This document shows, one piece after another, positions 1 through 13,920 of a stretch of 64,000 nucleotides of DNA; position 1 is the stretch's first letter; each line of letters begins with the position of its first letter. The stretch comes from Phallusia mammillata. Lineage: Eukaryota. The stretch is from the NCBI GenBank assembly GCA_965637545.1, contig OZ281496.1:24614001-24678000 (forward strand). Reading direction: 5' to 3'. Both the position numbers and the translations under genes were made by a program. Under the pieces are notes generated by a model. It saw nothing but the letters and a program-made list of their open reading frames with translations, had not been told where the DNA came from and ran no database searches.

Positions 1-191
1 CAGTTGTTTTCAAGCTCCGTTTTACCTTTACCCAGCAAGAAAATGTTTAATTTACAAGATGCATGAGTTAGGGTTTAACAAGCGGTCAAATTTTACATAA
101 CCAATCTGAAAAAAATAGCATAAAATTTTTAATACTTGTCAATTATTTATTGCACATACAAACCGGTAATCTTCACATTGCAAAATTGCAG

Positions 192-3100
192 GCAGGCAAA
201 TGGAGCAAATGGACACAATGCTCAGAAACTTGCGGTAGTGGAGTCCACTCAAGGCATAGGCACCTAAAATCCTATTCACATGACAATGGATTGAGATACA
301 GTTACTACGAAAATGAATGTCCTCACCTTACTGAAAGCGGGTCATGCACTGAACGACCTTGTTATGTACCCGACGTTCCTATTAACTGCGCATGGGGATC
401 GTGGAAGAGCTGGAGCAGTTGTTCTGGAGCTGCAGTTAGCACGAGGGTAAGATACGACGAACATTTTTTGCATTTGTTGGCCATTATACCGAGGATTCCT
501 AACCTGAAGTGTGTAGGCCTAGGCCCCAATGGAATTGTAAGATGATTTCAGTAACAGGCAATAATTTTGAAAATATTTTATAGTGTGAAATTATCATACG
601 AAGAGGAGTTCATTATCGGACAACATAAATCAAATTTGTGATATTTTTTTAAAGTAAGAGTTCCGTCGTAAATGAAGAAAAAAGGTTTTCGGGTTTTACT
701 GAGAGTGAAAATTTTTGCACAAACTGGCGTGAGATTTAAAATAGTTAGCTTAAACTTTTTTATGATTCTATCAATTATGATTCCATTTGCACATGGGAAA
801 CCTAATAACAAACTATGGTTAACCACCATAAAAGCGTTACAAACTTTGTAAGGCAGCGTTTAGGTCATATAAAAGTAAATGACAAAATAGTATACGTTTC
901 AACTACACAGGCAAAACCAACCACTCTGACTCAAATGAATTGATGCGTTTTTCAAGGTTCTAACTTTGCAGTAGGCAAGTACAATTATTCTCATAAATCT
1001 TTATGTTTTTACAGAGCCGCATTCGAACAGTTTCCAGACCAGCAATGTTTGGTGGTCGTGAATGTATTGGATCTGACAAGGACATTGATATTAACTGCCA
1101 ATCAACATCAATTGTTCCCAAACATAAATGCCCTTCGTCTCAGATCACCTGCAACTACGGTAAGTGGGTTGATAGCTAGGGTTTGCGAACCTATTGTTTT
1201 CGCTTTTTTTTCGAGTGGTTGGAATATTTGATATTTGCGGTTTCATAAATACGTACGAAACAACAAGACAACATTAAATTAAAAACAACAACATATTAAA
1301 CAGAGTTAAAAAGGGAATTACCACGTTTAAAGATTAGTTACAGACCTATACCAAACAGTTACAAGAGAACCTACTTGGAATCAAACATAGCTTTATTCAC
1401 TTACATTTGATTTTGCAGGTATGTCTTGTGTGGATTCTTCGCTGGCTTGCAATGGGGATAATGACTGCGGCGACTTTTCCGACGAAGAAAATTGCGCACA
1501 AACAAGACGTCGATGTTATTATCGTAACAACAGTAACATTCCAAACGCCGAGATCATGGGATCAGGGTAAACATGTTTGTTTATTAAATGCAGTTTTGTG
1601 AGCAATTTCGTACAATAGCAGCGGTTCCGACTATCCTAAGCCTTTTGATAATTTCTTCTTTACAGATTTAACATTGTAAAAAACGAACAAAGTGGGAAAA
1701 TCCTGGACAACTCGAAATACAACGGAAGATGCAGCAGTGTGACAAGTGGAGATCATAGCGGACAAGTATTTCGATTACCACACAATCTACAGTCCTATAA
1801 TTTTCAGGTTTACTTTCACATGTCCCAATTGAAATTGTGGAACTTTCTTGAAAAACAAACCTAAACTTTTGAATTTGATTTCAGGTTCGGTCTCGGACAT
1901 CTTTGCAAGCGCACTCATATCAAAGTGCAGCAACGCTTTTTGAGGAGAAAAAGAATTCTTTTAGACATAAACTTAATTACGATAACGCATTACTATCATG
2001 TGAGTCAACATAGTTTCTGATACATTTTTCATAAGCAAAACGCCCATGTTTCGAAATCAGCAACAAATTTCACAATATATTCTGTTTAAAGGCTTGCAAG
2101 ATAGTACGAATTTACATAACTATTTCATCGAACTTTGAAGACTAGTCACTGTTTTCTGTGCATTAATGTCGATTTTACATTTAGTCCCAGGTATCTTCGG
2201 TCTTAGTATGAAAGCGGCGTACGGGTCAGATCGACAAATGCGAGTCGTCATCGAGCACTCAACCGGAACGAACTCGAAATACTTTAGAATCCAAAACAAA
2301 ATACAAGTGGCCCAGTTCAGGTAATTAAAAAACATATATAGCAGTGTTTATTCTTGGAAGTATTAAAATCTGATGTATTGAAAAGGGCAATACTATGCAA
2401 TGTGTTGGTCATATAAGTTTGCATTTTCTCCCTAATAAGCCTGCAGCAACTTAGTAATCATAATAAACTACTAAAAGTTGTTTTGTAAAGCACATATTTA
2501 AAAATAATACGGCACTAAAATATTCTTGCTATCTGGCAGCACAATCTTATTTTTGGTTAGGTCATTTCCAGGCATTATTGCTAAAGCCTGTGCCCTTAGT
2601 AACATAGCATGACGTATTTTAAGGACACGTGACAATCCCATTCTATCAGCATATTTTCGTGAGCGTGAGTTTATGTTGCCCGGCAATTACGACAACGTTA
2701 AGTACACAAAGATGATCACTGAGTTCGGCACACATTACTATTCCAGTGGAACGCTGGGTGGCCATTACGAATACATCTACCGCTATGACAGATCGGACTT
2801 GGCATCTTCAGGTGAATTACGATTTATTGTTTCTGTGTGAATGGCAGTCAAAAAAAGTAGTAAATATATCCACCCTTTTAGGACGAAATATATATTTTTG
2901 TTATTCAAAGAAAGGATTTATGCTTTTTACCTGTTGATTTATGAAAACAGTCTAATATTCTACTGATCTGAAGCAGGAATCTTTCTTTTTTACATTTTAT
3001 TGTCTGTAGGAGATTCGTTAAATAACAAAACTGTTTTAGCTGTATCCACCTTTGTCTAATAAACTTAAAAAATTGTAAAACAAATTCTCAAGTGATTTAA

Positions 3101-4715
3101 CTTAGCCTCATTTATAAACTACGGCCCCATAAACCAGTGGTCGGCAACCGCCGGTCCGCGGCCCGGTACCGGTCCGGGAGGAGTTCGTTACCGGGCCGTA
3201 TAGGTTTTCAGGTTAAATCCTATTAAACATTTTGCCCATGTATCCCGGAGATGATAAACTAATTTAGGCGTTTTTATTGCTAAATATATGTAATTTTTTT
3301 GAAGACCGGTCCGCGATAAAATTTTAGTTTCAAAAACGGTCCGCGTTGCAAAAAAGGTTGCCGACCCCTGCCATAAACAAACAACATTTCAACTTGGTGG
3401 CGTGCTTATTTTAGTATTAATGTGCTTACTTTACTTGTAGTTGGTCTTGTTTTTAATTACTTTGTCAAAATCTCGTTAACGAACCGACAAATTACAGGAC
3501 TATCGGACGAACAACAGAAAGAATGTGTGGGAGATGCTTTTACTGTGAAGGTTTTCGGTAATTCAGCTGGAATAGAAAACAGTCGGTGTACAAGCAATTC
3601 GTTGTCGAGAAGAAATCAAGGTAAGGTTTTCAACCAAATTAATTTTCTTGCAAAAAACGTTTTCGTATTCACAGCTTTTATTGTGAAAAACTGAACCAAA
3701 GTCAAACGAACACCAAAACATAAGACTAATTAGGAAATAAATACCAGACCATTTCAACAACTAAACAACGGTTTTAATCAGAGTTAAAAGCGGGGCCGAA
3801 ATGTTGACTTTAATTTTTACACACAGATAAGCTTAATACTCAAATTAGGCATGAAGGTAGGTGAGATTGCGTTTGGTGGTTCCGAGCGTAAAGTCAAGCC
3901 TATACCAAGCCATGTTTTTACAAACTAAAGCACGAACGCGGTCAGATTCCAAACCCGAACCCCAAAAAACAACCCGACAAACAATACTGGTCTCAACTTC
4001 GGAAAAACAAATCAGCAAAACCTGAGTCGTCCAAAATCGCAGTTTTATTCTGTTGGTAGGAAGTTTTACTCGAGCTGCACAAGAAGTAACATCGGACGTT
4101 AGAGGTGGCACATCAGAAACAGCTGCAGCACTCAGTTTCGTGAACCAGTGGAAAACGCCCGATAGGACAAGCTTCGATGCATGGGCCAACACTGTTAAGC
4201 ATAATCCTGCGGTTGTGGATTACAAGGTAAGTGTTAAACCGTTGATAAACATTCGATAAAGGGGACAGCAAAATAAAATAAAATCATCACTCAACATGGG
4301 GTCAGAGAAATGCGCATAACAATAGTAAACAATTCCAAAGCAATTTTCTTCTGCTGTAAACGTTAGGACCCAGATAAACAAATAACTGTAGTGGTAAGCG
4401 TGCTTCAATATTTAAGCTTTTAAATCCATAATACACAGAAAATAGTATTGTAGCTTCATCAAAATAACATTAACATATTTGGGGATTTGATTTTGATTTT
4501 TTTTGCAGTTAACTCCTATCTCGGCAGTCTTTAAGGATCATAACAAACGACTTCACATGGAAAGGGCCTTAAAAGAGTATTTGGAGCGATTTAATCCAGC
4601 TCTGTGCCCTGGCACCTGTCACAACGGGGGCTTAAAAGTGGTAGTCAACTACGGAAAAGCATGCAAGTGTCTTTGTGCACCGTGGTACACTGATATGTCG
4701 TGCAGAAGAATGTGA
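192..4715 (+). CDS. Complement C6-like MACPF protein 1 (TSP1-TSP1-LDLa-MACPF-EGF), 5'-partial; signal-peptide exon lies upstream of the window
   Basis: Exons 192-446, 1015-1159, 1419-1566, 1666-1807, 1885-1999, 2185-2320, 2624-2811, 3498-3620, 4060-4226, 4509-4715; all GT-AG, 1626 nt, in frame. TSP1 WSKWTQCSETCG; LDLa CNGDNDCGDFSDEENC; MACPF signature FGTHYYSSGTLGG; WANTVKHNPAVVDY; C-terminal EGF CKCLCAPWYTDMSC. Confidence 0.93.
3135..3370. mobile_element. hAT-type MITE (236 bp) in an intron of C6-like 1
   Basis: Terminal inverted repeats (TIRs) CAGTGGTCGGCAACC / GGTTGCCGACCCCTG; perfect 8-bp TSD CCATAAAC (3127-3134, 3371-3378); near-identical copy at 9848. Confidence 0.9.
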
Positions 4716-7449
4716 GGTGGTTGACAAAAACACGTATACACAGAACTGTCTTGAACCAGTTATAATGTGTATTCTTGTGTTTATAAAATATCTGTTCAAC
4801 TTGAAATGTATTGTTATTTTAGCATCATAAGTGCATGTAAAATGTATTGGCTCATTGATGTCGTTTCCAGTGTTCTCTCATTTACTATGTGTAAATAAAC
4901 ACAAACAAGTTACTGTCCAGATTTGATAGTGAAACAGGAATGAATTAATTTACTTCAAACTTTAACAAAGTTTGAAAGTAAAATCGTTTTAAAAACTTTA
5001 TAGATTACGAAACATGTGAGCGCAGATCTGACGCAAAACAGAACAGTTGTTTGATTGTTTTGGCGATAACCAACACAATGATGAGATAGGAAATAAGAAA
5101 GAAGAACTGCTGGTATAGGATTGGTCAACTAGGCAATTGGTTACTGACGGTGCATTCCTATTTTCTGCGCTTACGTAGGAGCAGATTGAATGACTTTCAA
5201 ATGACCTTCCACCTAGACACACGTTTGTAGTTTATAAAAGCCAAAACCGAAACTCCAGATGTGATGACCTACGCAAGTTTCCTAAATGAAGTGATATTGC
5301 CCGGAAATGGAATCTAGAGTGCGCATTCAATGGCTTTCGAATGCTCTTTAAATGTGATACTTGCATGACGCAAGTTAGTTTCGAAAACGCCACGACCGGG
5401 AAACCATTTGAAACGCATAAAGATCAATTGAAGGTCAAGCTAATAAAATAAACTTTAACTGCACTAGTAAATTACCGCAACAAAACCGATTTGTCGTTAA
5501 CAGCGCATATGCAGCAAATTGGAGGTTCTGTACATTCACGTCAACAATCAACATAAATTTAACGCCAACGTTGTAACTTGAGAATTAAAATGTCTTGCAA
5601 TGATGACGGGATAGAAAGACTGTGTCATATGACGTTTTGTGATACTAGCAACGATAGAAACGCGGATGTTAAATCCTTGAAGAGTATCGGTTTTTATTTT
5701 TACATTTACTTTTCAAAAACTTCCCTCGTTTGTTTGAATATCAACTATGTTATCGAGATTTATGGTGGCTTTTATCTCCTATTAATCTTTGTCGCATATA
5801 GTCGTGTGGCTCGTTCAATATTTGCTCGCTTGGCGCAAGTTTGCTGGAGGGTCATCGAAAGAGCAAGACGTTGCGGAACCGGCATACAAAGCCACACCAG
5901 TCAGCGTTGCAGCATTGCCTTTTTTCCGCCAAAAAATAGCAATACCGATAAATAACAAACTTCAATTGGTGGAAACTTCAATCTTTTGTCAACTTCTTTT
6001 TCAATGAAGCATAAAAAACCTACACAATCAGGCTTAATTATTGATCCCTTTATTGTAGAATACAATTAAAAAATCATAAAATATAGGATCTGCTAGTATG
6101 GCAAAGTGGAGAATCAAGAACAGAACGAAAATATATCATGCGAATACAAAGCAACCCATTTTAACCAGGTGGCTGTAGGTTATGTGAGTGCCATTTGCCC
6201 TTTTGATCACTATCTTCGCTCTAAACAAATTATTTGAAAGCCGCAACTTGGAATGATTCAAACACTAACGAGCCAAGAAACGGGTTCTCAATGACTCTGG
6301 TTAGCAAAGAGAGAGAAATGATCTTTCCACACAAGCAGCAAGCACTTTCTAATTCCATTAACACTGAACATTCAAATCTGTCCTTGGCAGCTATTAACGC
6401 ACTTGAAGGCAAGTAAACCAAACATTAAATTTAACAATTTCAATCCGAGCTTTGTGTTGTGAGGGCAACGTTCGGAAAAACACCATAGAAATCTCTATTT
6501 TATTGCAACTTCCTTTTCGTACGTATTTGCAAGAATTTGAATTATAGAAAACTAAACTAAGAATTTTACTACACTTTGTAGAAAACTTACTACAAGGAAT
6601 TTTACTACAAAGCGAATAAACTGCCTCCGAAGTCGTAATTCGAACGAGTTAATTACATGTAATTGCACTTTTGAACGGAAATAAAGGAGAAATGCGTAAA
6701 TTTGTTGACTAAACTGTGTCCTTTGTAACCTTCAGTTTTTACCACAAAGGACGTGCAAAAGCTAAAAGTATCTAAAGCAAGACAAACATCTTGTTAAACT
6801 TTACGGAACTCGCAAACCGTTGCACGATCTTAAATCAAAAATTTAGAGTCGTTAAATTGTCGTAGTTGCAATCGAATTTAAAATTACTTAGCCATTATCA
6901 AACATATCATACTCTCAAAATTGTGTGTTTCATATTCACACTGTCTTACTCTGGCTTTTGAATGTGTATCATCAAATATCGTACAAAAACGAAACTAAGG
7001 TTAATATTCTGCAAATCAAATATAATGGGGTGCCATAAACCCATCCCTTAAAATCTCAAGTGATTATCAGCATTCCTTTGACGAAGTCGGGCTTAAAAGT
7101 AAATGTTTTTTATTACTTTCACTCATTTAATTATCGGTGTGTGTATAAAGGTAAGAGTATTACAACGACCAAATCAGTTTTGACAAAAACCAGACCCATT
7201 GAAAATAGCCTAGGTTTAGATAATAATTATCTGCAGCAGTTGAACTTCATGGTCGACCGCATTAGATACCAATACTTTTTGAATGCCGGCCCTGTTAGCA
7301 CGAAATATACCGTGTAAAGTATGGTGTTATTCCATTTTATGAGAGTTTCTAAGACATGGATAGTGTGTCAATAATATTATTTATGGTAACAAATTTTCTT
7401 CTGTAACCCAGGTTCTACATGTTTTGAGGTTTTTGAAAAATAAATAGGC

Positions 7450-10400
7450 ATGACAATAAACCGATTACAGTCTGTAGCAGTTTTGCTGATACTGGCTGTC
7501 TTGCGCACTGAACGCTCGGCAGCGTGTAATAGCACCCCTTCTCCAGTTGATTGTGTCGTAAGTGTTTTGTATATTTTATTCATACTATGCATTTATTTTA
7601 TTTTAATGCTGTTTTTTGCTAATCCTATAACGTTTAGTATGCAAACACAGGATTTTAAACAATAAAGTGAAAATATAGGTATTATTACCCCTGTTGACAT
7701 CCAAGATGTTAAACTAAAAAATGTTTCTTTTGTTGTTTGTGGATGTTGTTTTGATGCAAACGTGTAAAGCATGTCAGTAAGACTGGTCTGTGAAAAACCT
7801 ATGCTACAAATGCTCTGCGATAAAATCTTTTTGCAACACTAGTGGGAAACGCAAAAATATTGCATTTAGGCAATGCGTGGTTGTTCTTCTTGGAACGCGC
7901 TTCCGACACATTATTTTTCGACTGTGATTGCGCAGTAAATGGCGATATTTTTGCTCTGAAACGTTGTTCCATTTTTTCCAGGTTTCCGGCTGGGGTAGCT
8001 GGGGAGATTGTTCAAAAACCTGTGAATTAGGTTCTCAGGTCCGCAAACGTTACGCAACAACCAATCAAGCACATGGTGGAAGAAATTGCCCTTCGCTTAC
8101 CGAAAGCCGCAGTTGCAGGGAAGCGGAATGCCCCATTGATTGCCAGTGGGGAGAGTGGGGTGGATGGACCAATTGTTCGTCATACGGCACGAAGGTTTAC
8201 AAAATACGAAGAAAATTTACCATAACGATGTAGTTTTTAAACCACATTTCATCTTTACTGCTGATTATACTTGCAACATTAAATTATTAATGGCCAATTG
8301 TTGACAAAGACACTTTGTTTTGCGATAGCACTTATCTTTGTAACTAATACGAATTCAATGGTTAAGTTATAAATAAAAACTTTTAAATAAAATTATGTAC
8401 ACTTCGCATTTTGATACATTTTGCTACAGTTATTTTAGCACCTGCGATAACGAAATCTCAACAATACTATTTAATGTATGTGAAACTCCAGAATTTTGTG
8501 TTTCAGATTTGTTAGATATTCCATTCGTGCCGTTTTTATATTTTTAGAGCCGCTTCAGAAACATAACGACTCCGGCCATGTTCGGTGGCTGGGAATGTAC
8601 TGGCATAAACGTAGAAGTCGCAGCTGGGTGTCTTCCACCCGAAATCAAAGACGTCAAATGTGAACAAGATCAACTTTTATGCCGAGACGGTACGTTAATG
8701 TAATCTAGTAAATCAACCAGGGAGTCGAACCGCTTTTAAAAGGGTTCGGGTTTACTTCGTTTTGTTTTTATGGGTTCGGTTCAGGTTTTCAAAAACGTTT
8801 ATTTTCCGGTTCGGGCCTTGTTCCGTTCCGAATCGGTTTGCGGTTTTTAAACTGGTTCAATTCAATTTTTATTCTACCCACCATACGTACGTGTTGACTG
8901 AAATGCTTCAAACGTTTGAAAATTTTGATGCAAATCGAAAAGAATACCAGAGTTGGTTTAACTGAATTTCAAAAGGACCTTGGATTTGTTTTAGGTTTCT
9001 TGTAGACAATAAACTTAAAAGTAAACAGCATTCAGTGACAACAACTGTTCCAAGAGTTACTAGCAGTCAAGTCTGTTCTTGCCATTCTCTTTAAAGCTGA
9101 GCGACAATCGTAAATCAGGCTCGAGTCTTGAAATCTGTTTGTACAACAGAAATAACTTGCGTTCGGGATACTCTTACTTGTAATGGAGACGATGACTGCA
9201 CTGATTATTCGGATGAATTACACTGTGATGCAATATATAGTCCATGTTCTTCACCCAAAGATAGAATTCCGAGTGTTGATGTTGTTGGGGCCGCGTGAGT
9301 AAAAACTAAACTCTTTACATATTTCGTTTTGGTCAATGAAGTCTTGAATTAGCGTGTTATTCACGTAAATTAACAACCTTCAAATGTTTCTACTGCACTG
9401 CAGGTGCTAGCCTGCAACTTAACAAATATTAATGGACAATTGCATCAATATGGGTGCTTAACGACAAACACTTGTAATATAACAAAACAAAAGGTTTACA
9501 GTATTAAAAACGCGTGACCAACATTCTGATCATAACTCAGGTTTGACATCTTGCGGAATGATGAAACGGGAACTATTCTAGACAACTGGAGGTATGACGG
9601 GAGATGCTCGATTGTGACAAGTGGTGACCACGGTCGGGATTTCAGAAAACCAGCAAATATTCTTTCGTATCGCTTTCAGGTGAAAATGCTATTCTTACCT
9701 GTAAGGTATAGCGCCTAACTCTTGGCGTTTTATAAGGTTTGGATTTATACATTCTTATGCCCTAAAATGGGTTTTATCAGAGTTTATTTACTAGAACAGC
9801 GGTTCTCAAACTGGGGTCCGCGGTCCGCGGTCCGCGGTCCTTTAGGGCAGTGGTCGGCAACCGCCGGTCCGCGGCCCGGTACCGGTCCGCAGGGAGTTCG
9901 TTACCGGGCCGTATAGGTTTTCAGGTTAAATCCTATTAAACATTTTGCCCATGTATCCCGGGGATGATAAACTAATTTAGGCGTTTTTATTGCTAAATAT
10001 TTGTAGTTTTTTGAAGACCGGTCCGCGATAAAATTTAAGTTACAAAAACGGTCCGCAGTGCAAAAAAGGTTGCCGACCCCCCAGGGGTCCGTGTGGCAAT
10101 TTTGGGCGGACTTCGAAAATGTTGAAGTTATTCTATAATCTTACTTGGCGTCAGTTTGTGTCTTGTTTGTGATGTCACAAGCTGTCTTTGGGTCATTGTT
10201 ATGCGCAATTTTGCATAACTAGGTAAAATCCTGCAATCAATTTCGTTTTTATGAAATACACATTTAGGCTAAAGGACCGCGAGCCCTCGAAATAATGACA
10301 TAGGGACCGTTTTGAAAAAAATATGAAAAAGTTTGAGAACCATTGATCTAGATTCTAGAACGACTTGGGTATAGTCTTATATTTAGAGGAGTAGAATGGC

Positions 10401-13385
10401 GTGCTAAAGATCTTGGTTAGTAAATCATTCTGTTTACATAAGGCAAAAGCGGAAAGTTCTTTCTCCATGAAATCATACGAATGCGCCAGAACGTTTATGC
10501 AAGAAGAAAGAGAAGAACAACAATACCGGATGGAAGTTGGATTTTCATGTAAGTATTTACGCAAGACAGCACTATCAACCTCTGTCATTCACTTTGTATC
10601 ATACACATTGGTAAACCCAAGTGTTAAGAAGCTGATAACCGTACGGATTTACCAACCCCTTAAGTTTTATTGATAACACAAGAAACACAAGTACAAATTT
10701 CTAAGAGGTGTTTGTAGAATATCCACTAAATCGAAAAACCAAAAATAATCTTTTAAAAGTCACGTACCAGCCGCAAAGAGCTTTTTGTATGCTGTAATGC
10801 TCAAATATATCCACCAATTTTACGTGTGTGTACAGTTATCTTTCTGAGCGCAAAAGTGGCTTACAGCAACGATCACAAAAGAACAAGCATTATTGAGAAT
10901 GGCAGCAAAACTAACTCAAAATTCTTTAAAACGCAAAGCAGAATCGAAGTTGCGCAATTCAGGTAAGGAACTGATTTGGATTGTTTTTTTCATTAAACCT
11001 GCACGGCTTCTGCTTTAATTCAGATCGGGTGACATTTTTCAAAACGTTTTTTCGATATTATTTCGGTATCATATTTTACCTGCGGTACTTAAATTGAAAC
11101 TTATGGCTTTTACGATTTTCTTAACATTTTGTTTTTTATTTATTTTAGAACTCTTCGACATGATCTCTTCACAACCTATTCATTTCGACAACGCGAGTCT
11201 GAACTCCCAGAACATTTCGACTACGCCGAATATTCAAAGATCATCACTGACTTCGGCACTCATTACTATTCAAGCGGAGTGCTGGGCGGCGAATTTGAAA
11301 CCATATATCGCTTCGACAGATCGGAATTGGAAGAATCACGTAAAGTCAAATATTTGCTTAAGAACTAGTGAATTTGACATTAAACCACCGATTACCGATT
11401 CATTTAAACCTCAAAATATAAGTATGTACTGTCAGCCAATGTAGCTATAATGTCAAGCCATATTGAGTATTTCCAAGTTTTAGTGTTTTTACGCCTCAAA
11501 AACCAACCAACAAAAACAGTGCCAATGCTTGATAGCTTGATATACCATCGAATGGTTAGTCAAACACTATCTATAAATAACTAAAATTTATTCGTTGACA
11601 CAGGTCTCTCAGAAGATCAACAAAAACAGTGTATAGAGACTGAGATAGGAGCTTCAACATCTAGTGGCGCAGGAGGCGGTGTTGAAACAAGTATATGTTC
11701 GACCAACACCCTATCCCAGCGTTACGGAGGTATATAATCTCGAGTAAATGTTTTTGTAAGAAATAGTTTGTAATTAAAAGTTGTAAGTCGGGCCGGGTAA
11801 GAGCTTAGGTTTTTTTTAACAAACGAATTTTAAAAAAAGATAAAATTACCTAGCTAATTTTTAAATTATCAAAAGTAGCTATAGATGCTGTAGCTAAAAT
11901 GCTCAACGGCTTAAAAACATTCTAAACGGCTTAAAAACATCTTGTAGCAAACGATTCGAGTTCAGGCCGGGCTTGATGTTCAGTTGGCCATTTTTAATTT
12001 TCGCTTAAGGCTTTAGTTATTTTAGCACTTTAATATTAAAATATATTGCAATGTTCATACATCTTGCTGATTAACCTACTCACTTTGGTTTAGTTTGAAA
12101 CAATCCTTCAAGAATATTTTCACAACAAAAACTAAAAAAACTATCAAACGCTAGTATCCATCCATAGCGAAACAAACAATATAAATAAAACATTTTACAG
12201 AGTAGAGGTATCTTTTACTCGCACTAACTATGTAAACATTTAGGAAGTTTTGTGGCTGCTGCAAAAGAGGTTGTTTCCACTGTACGAGGTGGTTCTTCAG
12301 ACACGGCTGCGTCTCTTACGTTTTCGCACCAAGAAACGCCATCTAAGGAAGATTTTGATGCATGGGCTGAAACCATCAAAGATAACCCAGCAGTTGTCGA
12401 CTATATGGTAACGTAAATCTCTTCAAAATCTCTTTACCTGACTTATATTCTAAAACAGATTTACCAAAATGGAAGTAGTGTACTTACGAACACTATACAC
12501 CAACGGTTCTCAAACTGGGGTCCGCGGTCGTTTTGGGGTCCGTGAGGTAATTTTTGGGAGACCGCGAAAAGGTTGAAGTAATTTTATATTGTTATTTGGC
12601 GTCAGTTTGTGTCACTAAATAAGTTTAAATCAAATTAGAATTTAGAATCGACTTTCCGCCATTGCTAAACAATAGCCTTTATTGCATGACAACTAACAAA
12701 AATGCAATTGTTCGCGCACAATCTTTTGGTTTTTAGTGTTGTCTGTGATGTCACATGGTGTCTTTGGGTCATTGTTACACGCAATTTTGCACAACTAGCT
12801 AAAATCTTGCAATCAACTTTCGTTTTTTTCTAAAATACACGTTCAGGCTTAAGGACCGCGAGGCCTCGAAATAAGGGCAAAGGGACCGTTTTGAAAAAAT
12901 AATGAAAAAGTTTGTGAACCACTGCTATACAGTGCACGGACTTAAAAAGTAATTTAATCAAAAACATAACTGCCAGAGTACTTGGGAATAGAAATACAAT
13001 ATGCCGGCGTTTCAACAATCGCTGTTGTCGCCATTAGAGCATATTGTCAATCGAGCTAGAAATTGTGCAAAATTTCAAAAATACCAAGACACATATCTAA
13101 TACACTGCTTTATAATAAATGAGAACAGATCCCAATGAATTGGTTATATCCGGTAATGCTGTAGTTGTTTTTTAGCTGGCTCCAATCTCGGCGGTGTTTA
13201 CGTCAGACGTAAAGAAAGCTAATATGGAACAGGCACTTTACGAGTACATGATTCGATTCAATCCTGATGTTTGTCCTCCTGAGTGTTTGAATGAAGGAGA
13301 GCCAGTTGTGGTCAACGACGGCAAAGAGTGCAAATGTCTCTGTTCGATTAACTATAGTGGCCCAGCTTGCAGAGATGCAAATTGA
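7450..13385 (+). CDS. Complement C6-like MACPF protein 2, complete, about 556 aa, secreted
   Basis: Exons 7450-7557, 7982-8194, 8548-8689, 9150-9294, 9541-9679, 10443-10548, 10836-10962, 11149-11339, 11604-11729, 12244-12407, 13176-13385 (1671 nt, in frame). Signal peptide MTINRLQSVAVLLILAVLRTERSAA; two TSP1; LDLa CNGDDDCTDYSDE; FGTHYYSSGVLGG; EGF. Confidence 0.93.
9797..10345. mobile_element. hAT-type MITE in intron 5 of C6-like 2, host of a nested MITE
   Basis: TIRs CAGCGGTTCTCAAAC / GTTTGAGAACCATTG; degenerate flanks TACTAGAA / ATCTAGAT; internal sequence homologous to the element at 12501-12924. Confidence 0.85.
9848..10082. mobile_element. hAT-type MITE of the 3135-3370 family, nested inside the 9797-10345 element
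   Basis: Starts CAGTGGTCGGCAACC, ends GGTTGCCGACCCC; left TSD CTTTAGGG (9840-9847), right TSD eroded to AGGG. Confidence 0.88.
12501..12924. mobile_element. hAT-type MITE (424 bp) in intron 10 of C6-like 2
   Basis: TIRs CAACGGTTCTCAAAC / GTTTGTGAACCACTG; 8-bp TSD CTATACAC / CTATACAG; same family as 9797. Confidence 0.87.
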
Positions 13386-13920
13386 AGTTCAGAAAAGTAG
13401 AGATAAAAATTCATATCTAATTGATTAATACCTTTCGATCATGTGTTATCGTTTGTGATCATTTTCCTTAATCAATATCATGTGTATAAACATCATACGG
13501 ATTACAATTATTTTATTTTATCAAACATCTATACTCTATAGCCTCGTAAATCAAGCAACTTTATATCCATTGTTGGTGTTTCTTATGTAAATGACAAAAC
13601 ACTCTCTTTTAAGTGGTCAGCATTAAATTTTAGCATTTTTTGCACACAAAGTGAATATTTACATGTAAACCAATCAAGCATACCACAAAGTGTTTTGAAC
13701 TGTTTTAAACTCTGCAAATAATTGGAAAGTTGTTTGTCGGTACGGCAATATTAGTATTGTAGGGAGCTGTTTTCTGCGTTTGGCCATTCAAATTCTTGAA
13801 ACAAGACAAGTCACATTTAGTAGTCTGGACACAACTTGTTACTCATGTAATAGTCGAGAATATTAGTTTTTGTAATGTCGGCCATACTTGATTTGTATCA
13901 AAAGTTGTACTTACTCTCTG

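Noticed and set aside
5000-5430. Cys-containing fragments (DYETCE, CxDCF, FKCDTC) suggesting a zinc finger
   Set aside because: They need frameshifts and are in the wrong order for a ZZ or other known finger.
8718-8865. CAGGGAGTCGAACC... GGTTC-rich stretch in C6-like 2 intron 3
   Set aside because: Probably an old MITE, but the right TIR and TSD could not be defined.
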